A stretch of 64,000 nt of DNA, taken from positions 4,092,001-4,156,000 of the forward strand of contig NC_089431.1 of NCBI RefSeq assembly GCF_026210795.1, written 5' to 3'. A program made the position numbers and the translations under genes. Position 1 is the stretch's first letter. Every line of letters begins with the position of its first letter. This DNA is from Rhizophagus irregularis (taxonomy: Eukaryota). The notes under the pieces are model-generated. The model was given only the letters and a program-made list of their open reading frames with translations. It searched no databases and was not told the DNA's origin. Positions 29,511 to 40,315 of the stretch are shown piece after piece.

Positions 29511-29879
29511 TGTTATTTAAATAATTTTAAAGCTAGTACGTTCAATAATGCCAAAACCATTTTATAATTACTTTTTTTTTACTTTCATACTTCACATTTA
29601 ATTTCCTTACCTTCCATTTCTAATCGACTGTTCTTTTTTTTTAAAAAAAAAATAAATAAATAAAATATCTAATGACATACGAATAATATAGTACCTTATC
29701 ATTGCTAGCCTTTTTTGAAAAGCTAGATTTAGTAATGGCAAGTTTATGTTGTCGGTTGTCCTATATTTTTATGTTGACAAATAAAACATTTAATTTTACA
29801 TATAATAATTATTATTATTTTCATGATTTTTTATTAATTAATAAAATTATCAGTGTAGAAGAAAGAATAATAAACGAAA

Positions 29880-29957
29880 AACTTTAATAGTAATATCTTA
29901 GTATCGGCATCATCTAAAATCTTAAGTAAATTTTGCGATAATTTTAGTAAAAACTCT
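29880..29957 (-). pseudogene. BTB gene 5' relic
   Basis: FLLKLSQNLLKILDD..DITIKV matches the start of the BTB paralogues; disrupted. Confidence 0.6.
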
Positions 29958-31483
29958 AAATAAAAACATTTTTGTGAAATTTCAACTTTATATGAATGGA
30001 TATTAGTACGACTTGAAAATAAAATTTGTTTTACAAAAAGCCAAAGTTGATGATTGGCCTTTATGAATTGGTAAAAATAATAAAATAAAGAATGTAGTTT
30101 AATGTTGCTAAAGCACTAGTTATAAATGTAATAATAAATGTAATTACTAGATAAAATCATAAAACTAGTATTATTTTCAAAGTAATATTAAATTTATTAC
30201 AAAATAATCAATATGCAAATATATTACAGAATAGAATAGTAATTTCGTATTATTTATGTTTCAGTTATTTTATTGAATAATATTTGTAATATATTTCAAA
30301 ATAATCTATCTAATTAAAAAAATTTTGTCATATTTAGATTACCCTGTAAAAATAATTTGAATTGTGTAACATTGAAAAGTGTGATATTCTTGCGTTCGAT
30401 CTATTTCGTATTTATCATATAATAATTAACTGACTACGATAACCAATCTTTAAACTAATACATTTCGGATTTTTTATTATGATGGATTAATACTAACAAA
30501 AAAAAGAAAAAGTATAATTTTTCTTATTAATTGCATTTATTTGCGGTCATTTCCGCTCTCTTAGTTACCACGAACCATTTCTATAATAATAATTTTTTTT
30601 TATTTTTCAGTTTTTACCGTAAAAACCGAAACTACCTTTTTAGTCTTTTCTTTTATTAATTTTTTTATCCCTCTTTTTATCATTATTGTTTCTTTTGATT
30701 AACTTAACCATTTTTTTTTAGGAGATTTTTTTTTAATCGGAATTTATCAAAATTTTTGGAATTTTTTTTTAACCCAAAAAAATATAGTTTATTCTTTTTT
30801 TTGGTTTGGGTCAATACTATAGAACTATGTCCTACGGCTTTTCGATGTTTTAGTGAGATTTTTTAGTCAATGATATTGTTTCTGACTAATAAATTCGTGT
30901 GAAAATTTTTTTTTAGTGTGAACTTTTTTTTTGTTTATTGAGATTTTTTTTTCGATTTAGTGAGAACTTTTTAGATTGATTTTTTCAATATTATTTCCGA
31001 CTAATAAATTTGTGAAAATTTTTTAGTGAGATTGTTTTTAATTATACAGATATTTTGTAATTAAATCTATAATAAATTTTTTGATAAATCTATATAACTA
31101 AAAAAAACTTTATAACTAAAAAAATTTGTCTGACGTCTGGATTAGTCTCTGCATAAATAATTTGAATTGTGTAACTTGAAATCCCATGCCATATAATTAA
31201 AACCCGTGACATGCCTATACCTGATCTATTTATCCGTGTACATTCAATTTTTTTTTTAAATTTGAAGAAAAAAAAAAACTCTTTCCCCTTTCCATTTTTT
31301 CACATAGAAATCCGCAGTTAAATACTGTTTTTTCATTTACACCCCTTTTACGTTTTTAACGTTCGAGAAGAAAGAAGACCACTGGGTGGCTTCTTATGGA
31401 AAGGTTCTTCTCCTTATCACCCGACCTTTGAAAGAAGTTTTTATTATATTCTCACCTCATTTTTATATAAAATATATTAAAAT

Positions 31484-33385
31484 ATGGTTTTTACTTCTCA
31501 TAAACCTATCCCCTTGGGAAAATTTTCTTTCAACGTCTCATTCCATAAATTTCACGTGACTAGACCCAAACGGGCTGGATGTAACAAGATTTACGAAATC
31601 AGAAGATCAAAAAGTTTCTTTTTTGAGTTAGTTGATCCCTCAACAAACACCAATGATATTCATCTTAAAATACACACAAATGATTATCACATGAATTCTA
31701 CCCCTATTAGCTACTCTTCCACCTGTAGCTTTCCTAATCTGAAATTTCAGATTAGTAAGATGTTACAACATTTTTTTTCCCATCAAAAAGTTATTCCACG
31801 TTCCATCCAAAAGAAATATTTTAATCTTATTCGTTCAAATTTACTCGATAGATATTTTCTTGTCAAATCACGTGCTGATAAAGTCGCACAAAGAAATTCC
31901 CGAACAAAAACTTTCTTTAATTTTTCTTATAAACGTTATCGTTTTTATTTCGGTATTTTTACACCATGTAATTTTCTCACCAGTGATAATTCTGGAACTA
32001 ACCACACACAGATGTGTTGTGTCCCTTCCCCTTTCATTATGTCTTATAATAGACGCGCTTGCATCTCCCATCATAAAAATTTAGACATTTTTCAGAACAT
32101 CAAAAAACCCCTTCCGTTATCAACTAATAACGTAAATAATAAATGGCTTCACGCAACCCTTACTTATAAACAATGGCATCAAAATGTCAGAAAACACGTT
32201 TACTCAAATCGCCTAGGAATTTCCTACGATGTTTCATACTTAGCTAATGGACGCAATGTCCTTCGTACGAACAAGAACTTTCGTATGTACCGTAAACGAT
32301 TCGACAATTTTCTTTCACATCACTCCGACAGTAGTAAAAGGAGTAAAAGACAAAAATCCCGTTTTCAACGGGCATGTAGATCAGTTTTCCACGATCGTGG
32401 TAATAACGATAAATTCAACAGATATGCGGATACTCTTAAAGAAAAGCTTCACCGAGCTAAACATCAGTGTTTCCTATTTTTACCTTCACAATATATCAAA
32501 AAATCTGTACATCATTTAAAATATTATAAAAGACCATCCCCCCGAGATGAGAAACATTACAATTTTCCTATACCCGTTGGTTTAACCGAACCTTTAGATG
32601 CTAAGGCCGTTCTCGCCGAGGATCTTGAACCACCCCCTCGACCATATCCAGGGAACGATTCAATTAGTACTTCAAATTCTCACCTATCTGCCACCACCTC
32701 ACAACCCATTCTCCTCAAAGAAGAGAATACTTGGCATGATAAGTTGGGCATCTGGATTCCTAACGACCTCTTCCCTTATGTTACTGAAGAACCTGTTTAT
32801 ATTTCTAATAGACAGGCCAAAATTAAAGGTCAACAATATGAACCAGGATGTATATACTGGTTAAATGGTATTAGAAAACGTAAAGAAGCTCACGAATTAG
32901 CTGTACGATTACAAAAAGAACGAGAAGCTTGGGATGTTAACCGCCTTGCTCATGAAGAAGAACTCGCAAATAGAGCTAAGCTCTGGTGCACCTCCTCAAA
33001 CCGTGTAGAATATCGTGAAAACATGTGTAAAGATCTCACTGAATTTCAAGATCACTTTCACAAGAAAATTACCAAATTGACTGAACGCCGTTCCGTTCTA
33101 CATAACAGACTTACACAAAAAAAAAATGTTTACAAAACTAACAAACAATTGCTCCAACTAGAGCAAGAATTGGGTCTATTCAATATCGAATATTTTTCAG
33201 TCATGGATGACCGCGAGTCCCATTACCGTTACAAAGGACACACTTCAGATGACGCTAAACAACTCGAACTCAGACCACACAAACGTCTCCCTATCCCAAA
33301 TACAGATAGGCACATTACTGAGGTCAAAAAATTGAGACTAGATATACTGTCTCCAGAAGACTCTAAAGTCTTCGTTTTCCCTTAA
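31484..33385 (+). CDS. 633-aa basic protein of unknown function encoded by the retroposon-like element
   Basis: Intronless open frame; colinear similarity with the ORF pieces at 57006-60529 (FHVTxPxRxGxNxIYEIRRSxSFFFEL, NTNDIHLKIHTNDYHMN, SNRLGISY, MYRKR, TSDDxKxLExRPxKR). Confidence 0.85.
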   Translation: MVFTSHKPIPLGKFSFNVSFHKFHVTRPKRAGCNKIYEIRRSKSFFFELVDPSTNTNDIHLKIHTNDYHMNSTPISYSSTCSFPNLKFQISKMLQHFFSHQKVIPRSIQKKYFNLIRSNLLDRYFLVKSRADKVAQRNSRTKTFFNFSYKRYRFYFGIFTPCNFLTSDNSGTNHTQMCCVPSPFIMSYNRRACISHHKNLDIFQNIKKPLPLSTNNVNNKWLHATLTYKQWHQNVRKHVYSNRLGISYDVSYLANGRNVLRTNKNFRMYRKRFDNFLSHHSDSSKRSKRQKSRFQRACRSVFHDRGNNDKFNRYADTLKEKLHRAKHQCFLFLPSQYIKKSVHHLKYYKRPSPRDEKHYNFPIPVGLTEPLDAKAVLAEDLEPPPRPYPGNDSISTSNSHLSATTSQPILLKEENTWHDKLGIWIPNDLFPYVTEEPVYISNRQAKIKGQQYEPGCIYWLNGIRKRKEAHELAVRLQKEREAWDVNRLAHEEELANRAKLWCTSSNRVEYRENMCKDLTEFQDHFHKKITKLTERRSVLHNRLTQKKNVYKTNKQLLQLEQELGLFNIEYFSVMDDRESHYRYKGHTSDDAKQLELRPHKRLPIPNTDRHITEVKKLRLDILSPEDSKVFVFP

Positions 33386-33563
33386 CTCCTTTCGTATACA
33401 ACTATCAGCTTATAAATTTTTTATATATATTTTTTTTAGTGGCACGCTGATAGTTATAGACTTACACTCCTTCGCCACTTAATTATCATAAACTAGTATT
33501 TTATTACATCTTTTTTTTTTTGGGTAACCCCCACGTACAAATTTTATACCAATGTACAACAAC

Positions 33564-33641
33564 TAGAATAGTGTGAACCATTCCACCTATTACAGTATTT
33601 ACAGGTGGCGGTCTTGAATGACCGAAAGAAAAATACGGATC
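33564..33641 (+). ncRNA. Conserved structured RNA motif in the element's 3' UTR (copy 1)
   Basis: Nearly identical to the reverse complement of 56799-56875 except in one hairpin whose pairing is retained. Confidence 0.6.
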
Positions 33642-35296
33642 TCTTCTTTGTTCTTAGATTAGATTGTGCTAAAGCCTTTTCTTTGGTCCATTGGGATGTG
33701 ATGTCGTGTTAGGGACTCCTCCGGGTTTGTTAAAGGTACCAGAGTGGCGCTGTCCTCGGGCGGTTTGATTATAGCTTAGTATTAGATAGCGTTCGACTTT
33801 TGTTTTATCTTTTGTTCTTGTCTATCTTTCTGTAATCTTGTTCACGTGGTTTATAAAAATAAAAAATAAAATAAAATAATTTTTTTTTTAAATTTTTCGT
33901 TTTTTTATTTTCACACTAAAAAAAATTTTTCTCCCTTTCTTTCGGTTTAGTTTTTTTTTCAAACCGAAAAATTTGTTTTTTCTTATTCTTTTCCCGTTTA
34001 GGTTTAATTTTTTTTCCCAAACTGAAAAATACCAGAATTTTTTTCTGTTCTTCAGATTCCTTTTTTTTCGCAAATTTCCCTTTTTTTTGAACTGATTTCT
34101 TTCTTTATCCTTTTTCTCTCCCCCAAATTTATTTTTAAATTTTTTTTTTCCGTCTTTCAATTTTTTTTAAAAAAATCAATAACAACAATGTAGAAAGATG
34201 ATTAAGATTTTCAATTAAATTGAACGCTGGATAAATAGTTTGATTTTCAAGTTTAATTAATTAAAGAAATTGTTGATTTGATAATAGCTAAATAATCACC
34301 AGATTTTTGAATAATAATTTTAATTCAAATAGTTTAGTTAAATTAATAATTTATCGAATAAAATGAGTATCAAAAGAATAATAATAAAATGAAATGAACA
34401 GATCTCTAATACATTTAATTGTTCAAATATTTTTCCTAAGTTGATTATAAGTTTAAAATTGACGTAATATAAAATAATAAGAATTAATTAATTAATTAAT
34501 AAAATATTTGTAGTATTTTCATAATATTAAAATTTTTTCAAAAATACTTCTAAAAAATTAATCAATTTTTATTGATAATTATTTTTTCACAATTTCTAAT
34601 TAATCCGAATTTCACTCTAGTAGTACACTCAAACATAAAATCATTAATATAAATAGCTACATTATTCTAAAAATAATTTATTATTTATATCATTCTAATA
34701 TTATAAATATAATTTAATACATATTTTTTGTTACCTAATTGTTACCATATTAAATTCCTAATTATAAACAAAAAACTTCTTTAATTTACTTAGTATTACA
34801 TTACAATACTAAATCTTTCTATTTAAAAAACTCATTGGTCCCGGTGCGAAGCAACGGGTGACAACTAGTATATATATATATATATATATTAAAACCATAA
34901 AACAGGTCAGATTTATATATGTGAATCGGTGACATGCAAATAGAGACCACGTAAAATAAATATGATGAAAAGCGTTTACCTTAACAGAAACAATTATCTT
35001 GAAAAATTGCTTGCAGTAAAAAACATATTTCTTGTGTATAGTACAAACTAAATATATATATTAGTACTTAATACTTAAAAAAATTTAATGTGAAAAAATA
35101 ATGATTGCACTTTATTAAATATAACGGTAACTCTACATATTCGCATTCAAAATAAAATAAAAAGTAAATAATAATCTATATAATATAATAAAAAAATTCA
35201 TGTCGATCTTCTAACGTTTAGATTAGCCTGTATAAATCATCTTTGAATTGTGTAATGCATGATTCATCTGCGCCTAACAGTACTACTAATTATATA

Positions 35297-35926
35297 CTAG
35301 CAGTTACCCGTTGCTTCGCACTGGGACTAATGAGTTTGTTTAAATAGGCCAAGAACAATTTGGTATTACAGTCAAACCTTTATATAATGATATGTCGGGA
35401 CATATATGAAATTTTTAGAAAATATCATTATATCAATGGTATACCGATATTTATATGTCCTCACATATAGTGGGAAAATAAAATTTTATCGGTATATCAA
35501 GTTTTTAATAGTATATCGATATATCGAATATCGGTATATCGAGGTTAGACTGTATAATGTAATACTAAGTAAATTAAAAATGGTTACAGTTTTTTGATTA
35601 GTAGAATGATATAAATTATATTTAGAATGATATAATTATAGTGCATTAGAGTAATTAGTAAATATCTGACATGAATACTTATGAAAAGAGTACATAGTTA
35701 TAATAAGTATTTGTAATCAATAAATGGGCTAATTAATTTTTTTAATTTCAGTAATAAAATAGCAATGATTAGCAATTTGTATTAATGCTATAATTTACTG
35801 ATTAATGAATTTTAACCATAATAATATAGATCAAATATTTCAGGAGCAGACAGACCACCCATTACACAATTCAAATTATTTATACAAGATAATCTAAATG
35901 TTACAGAATTTTTTTAATTATATAGA
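35297..35926 (-). mobile_element. Nested inverted non-autonomous Helitron
   Basis: Minus-strand TCTATATAATTAAAA start at 35926; hairpin plus CTAG end at 35297; A/T insertion site. Confidence 0.75.
35369..35552. mobile_element. Tc1/mariner (pogo-type) MITE
   Basis: CAGTCAAACCT ... AGGTTAGACTG with TA flanks. Confidence 0.8.
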
Positions 35927-36133
35927 TGAACAGTATTTATGTATTTATGATATTAATTTAACTTACTTTAATATGTGCTATATAATGAAAAAATTATATG
36001 ATATATCATATGAAACAGAGATCAAAAATACAGATAAATAAACATTATATCATTATACAATTTTAAAATTTTTTATATGACTAATCTAAATATGACCCAT
36101 TTTTTTTAAATAATAGATAAAAGGGTTTAAAAT

Positions 36134-37480
36134 TTGAATGCACCTGCACCCACTCACGTGACATGATTTTAAAATTTTATTGGTGATAATCAATCTATTT
36201 TTTATTTTTTACTTTGTTTAGGAACGTTTTTTAATTACTCTTTTTTTGTAGGAATACCCTGAAGATGAAATGGACCCCTAAAAATAAAAGGTGTGTTTTT
36301 TTCAATTTTTTTTCCCATTCATTTCGTTCAAGAACAACGTTCCTAACATTCTTTCGTAATTTTTTTTTTATAGGAACACTCCCTGGAGACTCTTAAAGAC
36401 AAAAGGTAAAATTCTTTTTCATTTATATTTGTTAATTTCGTTTAAGAACATTCCTAACATTCTTCAATAATTTTTTTTTATAGGAACACCTCCTGGTGAC
36501 TCTTGGAGATGAAAGGTAAGTTTTCTTTTTTTGTTTCTTTTATTAATTTCATTTAAGAACATTTCCTAACATTCTTTGAATAATTTTTTTTATAGGAACG
36601 CCCCTGGTGACTCTTGGAGGCGAAAAGTAAGTTTCTTTTCGTTTCTTTTGTTAATTTCATTCAACTAAGGATGTTCCTAACATTCTTTCAATAATTTTTT
36701 TTGTAGGAACGTCCCCTAGATGAAAGATAAGTTTTCTTTTTTCGTCTCTTTTGTTAATTCCATTTAAGAATGTTTCTAATGTTCTTTCAATAATTTTTTT
36801 TTATAGGAACGCCCCTGGTGACTCTTGGAGACGAAAAGTAAGTTTCTTTTGTTTCTTTTGTTAATTTCATTCAAGGACGTTCCTAACGTTCTTTCAATAA
36901 TTTTTTTTGTAGGAACATCCCCTAGATGAAAGATAAGTTTTATTTTTTCGTCTCTTTTGTTAATTCCGTTTAAGAATGTTTCCAATATTCTTTCAATAAT
37001 TTTTTTTATAGAAATGTCTCCTGGAAACTCTTGGAGACGAAAAGTAAATTTCTTTTCATTTCTTTTGTTAATTTCATTCAAGAATGTTCTATTAATGTTC
37101 TTTTAATAATTTTTTTATAGGAATGCCTCCCAGAGACTCTTGGAGACAAAAGATTTTTTGTTTTCTTTTGCTAATTTTGTTTAAGAATGTTTCCTAACAT
37201 TCTTTTGATGGTTTTATAGGAACACCACCTGGAGATGAAATGGACTCCTGGAAACAATTAATAAATTTTAACAACAGAAAAAGGTAATAGAAAACAATAA
37301 GACTTATATAGTTATATCAGTTTATTAACTGTTTCAAAAAAAAACTTTAAAAAAGCCTTTTCATTTAAAAAAATTAAATAATGAATAAGATTATTTGATG
37401 AATAAATAAACGATAACACTGATCAGCCAATCAAATTTAAAATACAATAAATCACGTGATAGGGTGCAGTGTGCGTTCAA
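36134..37480. mobile_element. TIR-bounded element containing about 8 tandem ~120-bp repeats (36290-37250)
   Basis: ttgaatgcacctgcacccactcacgtga at the left is an imperfect inverted copy of tcacgtgatagggtgcagtgtgcgttcaa at the right; repeat core ttttttataggaac..ccctggtgactcttggaga. Confidence 0.6.
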
Positions 37481-37959
37481 GGTATTATTTTTATTTTTAT
37501 TTTAAGATGATTTGATCAGCAAATGCTAATTACTAAAGTATAAAAAAAATAATTTTAGTTCCCTATTACTGGCGTTTTGCTAATACTAATTAGTATTAAT
37601 CTCACTTTTTTAATCAATTAATATTTATCTCATTTGTTATTTTTTCAGTACAATTATTATTATTTGGTTAAATTGAAGTTTACAGATTTTTGCGAGATTA
37701 TATATTTTTTTTTAGTTGATTTAAAATTTTTCTTATACTTTTTTTCATTATAACATATAGAAAAAATTTTTGTAAATATATTTATTCAAAATAATCTTAT
37801 TTAATGAAGCAAATATTAAAATTTAAGCCTCACATTTTCGATTTTAAAGAAAAAATCACTGTATTTATTTTTAATGAAGTGATACAAATAAAAAAACAAT
37901 AACAATAAATAAAAAAGTTAAGTAAATTACAATGATCAAGAAGAAAGATGCTAATAAAA

Positions 37960-38330
37960 ATGAAGTAACAATGGAGTAATGGAAAGTAATAGAAGAAGAA
38001 AGGGAGTAAAAAAGAGTAATGAGAAATGATAGGAAACAAAAAGGAAAAATAGGACATGATGGATGATGAAAAAGAGTGATGAGAGATGAAAAGAAGTAAT
38101 GGGAAGATAAAGAGGAGTGATGAGAGACGAAAAGGAGACGAAGAGAGTGATTGGAGACAAAAAGGAGTGATGGGAAACGAAGAGGAGTGGTGAGAGATGA
38201 AAAGGAGCGATGAGAGACAAAAAGAAATGATAGGAAGTAAACAGGAGGAAAAAAGAAATAATGGAAAATGAAAAGATGTAATAGAAAATAATGGGAGACG
38301 AATAATGAGAAGTAATATGAGGTGAAAAAT
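37960..38330. repeat. GA-rich minisatellite (ggagtgatgRgagacgaaaa) inside the Helitron; second copy ~39200-39650
   Basis: Visible ~20-bp degenerate tandem units. Confidence 0.75.
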
Positions 38331-38344
38331 AATGAGACTTTACT

Positions 38345-38560
38345 TTGAATCAATGTCAATTTCCAGTATGTGTTACATTCTCAATAACAATTAATAAATC
38401 ACAAGGGCAAACTCTGAGCAGGGTTGGTGTTTACCTACCTGAACCTGTCTTTACACATGAGCAATTATATGTTAAGGTTTTTATAGATAATGGTGAGAAC
38501 TGCAAGACAAGAAACATTGAATACTGTGAAATATTTCATTCTATAAATAGATTTCACATT
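38345..38560 (+). pseudogene. C-terminal fragment of a Helitron PIF1-like helicase
   Basis: [34 protein letters not shown] ... TRNI.Y.EIF; the ALSR segment of motif VI is deleted. Confidence 0.85.
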
Positions 38561-40315
38561 TAAAAATAACATTTTGTATGTATAACAATATTTCATATGT
38601 AATATTTTATATATAACATTCATACACAATTCACTTTTATTAGTATAAATATGTAAATTATATAAATTTATTAGATTATTTTTATCATACTGTAAATAAT
38701 ATTATTAAAATACTAAGCCTATTTCTAAAATATAGCCATACCATTGTTACTTTTCTTGACAAGTTTTATCCCCGGCGCAGCGCGACGGGTTACACCTAAT
38801 AATATAATAAAAAAATACATGTCGATCTTCTAACGTTTAGATTAAGTCTGTATAAATAATCTTGAATTGTGTAGCATGATTCAGTGCCTGATTTAAACTT
38901 AAAAGTTAAGGCCATTTATTTGATCGGCAAACAACTAGATTTTTTTAACTTAGCTAATTTTTATCGGTTAAACAAAATTTTATTGCGAAGATATTTTTAA
39001 AAAATTTTTTTTTGCAAACATATTTATTCAAAATAATCTTATTAAATGAAATTTTTTAAAATTTAAGTCCCACATTTTCGATTTTAAAGAAAAAAATCAC
39101 TGTATTTATTTTTAATAAAGTGATACAATAAAAAAAACAATAACAATAAATAAAAAAGATAAGTAAATGAATTAATCAAAAAGAAAGATACTAATAAAAA
39201 AAATGAAATAACAATGGAGTAATGGAAAGTAATAGAAGAAAGGGAGTAAAAAAGAGTAATGAGAAGTGATAGGAAACAAAAAGGAAAAATAGGACATGAT
39301 GGATGATGAAAAAGAGTGATGGCAGACGAAAAGGAGTGATGGGAAGATGAAGAGGAGTGATGGGAGACGAAAAGGAGTGATGAGGGACGAAGAGGAGTGA
39401 TGTTGATGAAGAGGAGTGATGGGAGACGAAAAGGAATGATGAAAGATAAAGAGGAGTGATGAGAGACGAAAAGAAGTAATGGAAATGAAAAGAAGTGATT
39501 GAGAGACAAAAAAAATGATGGGAAGTAAATAGGAAAGAAAATGAAATAATGGAAAATGAAGATGTAATAGAAAATAATGGGAGACAAATAATGAGAAGTA
39601 GTATAAAGTGAAAAATGATGAGAGACAAAAATAAAAAAGTGATCATGAGGAAACAAAGTAAAAAATAAACCATAAAGTAAACAAAAAATGAAGTTAGTAA
39701 GAAATGAAATATAAGATAAAAACGAAATAAAAAAAATAAAAAAAATAAAAAAAATACCTTTATTAATTGTAGAACTGAAAGAACTAAAATATCTGAAAAA
39801 AAATAAAATAAATTAGTGAAAAACGAAATATAAAACAGAAACAAAATAAAAAATAAAAAAATGAGTAAGAAACGAAATGTAAAGTGAAAAACAACTGAAC
39901 CTTACTGGAAGAACTAAAGGACCTAAAAATGATGAAATAGAATTAAATATGTAAATTATATAAATTATATAAATTTATTAGTCTAACCTTACCATATTGT
40001 AAATATTTATTATCAAAAAATACTAAGAAGTTTTATCCCCGGCGCAGCGCGACGGGTTACAACTAGTTTATAATAAAAAAAAATAAATAGTAGTGCAAAA
40101 TCCACATTGTCGAATAAATATAAAGTAAAATAAACAACCGAAAAATTTAATATGCTAGTAAAAGTTATGCAATCTAAATAAAATTTAGTACAAAGTAATT
40201 TCAGGCAAATATTAAGTTGTTTGTAAAATTTGAACACATATTATTATGCCAATTGAAGTTAATATTATAGTAATGTGAAAAAAAAGAATAAATAATGATC
40301 GATAAAAAATGATCG

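Larger units (their letters stand above)
31264..33877 (+). mobile_element. Retroposon-like element, copy 1: single ORF, no recognisable RT
   Basis: 18-bp TSD AATTTTTTTTTTAAATTT (31246-31263 and 33878-33895); A-rich (AAAAT)n tail; empty site in block B at ~49198-49216; termini shared with copy 2. Confidence 0.88.
31089..34868 (+). mobile_element. Non-autonomous Helitron hosting the retroposon (a further 5' end at 30305)
   Basis: 5' TCTATATAACTAAAA; 3' hairpin CCCGGTGCGAAGCAACGGG then CTAG/T; uninterrupted copy at 49008-50149. Confidence 0.8.
35175..40066 (+). mobile_element. Composite, head-to-tail Helitron insertion
   Basis: TC start at 35175; hairpin CCCGGCGCAGCGCGACGGG plus CTAG at 40063-40066; inserted between A and T without TSD (empty site aaataataa/tttataata at ~50459); internal end-to-start junction at ~38770-38830. 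Confidence 0.88.

Noticed and set aside
33600..33630. Hammerhead ribozyme call for hairpin plus GAAA
   Set aside because: The CUGANGA core is absent on both strands.
33888..34160. Lys-rich ORF (also 49237-49446)
   Set aside because: Poly-T Helitron interior; the frames differ between the two copies.
37830..39844. Long Phe/Leu/Ser-rich minus-strand ORFs that look like membrane proteins
   Set aside because: Antisense translations of the GA-rich Helitron minisatellite, open in several frames.
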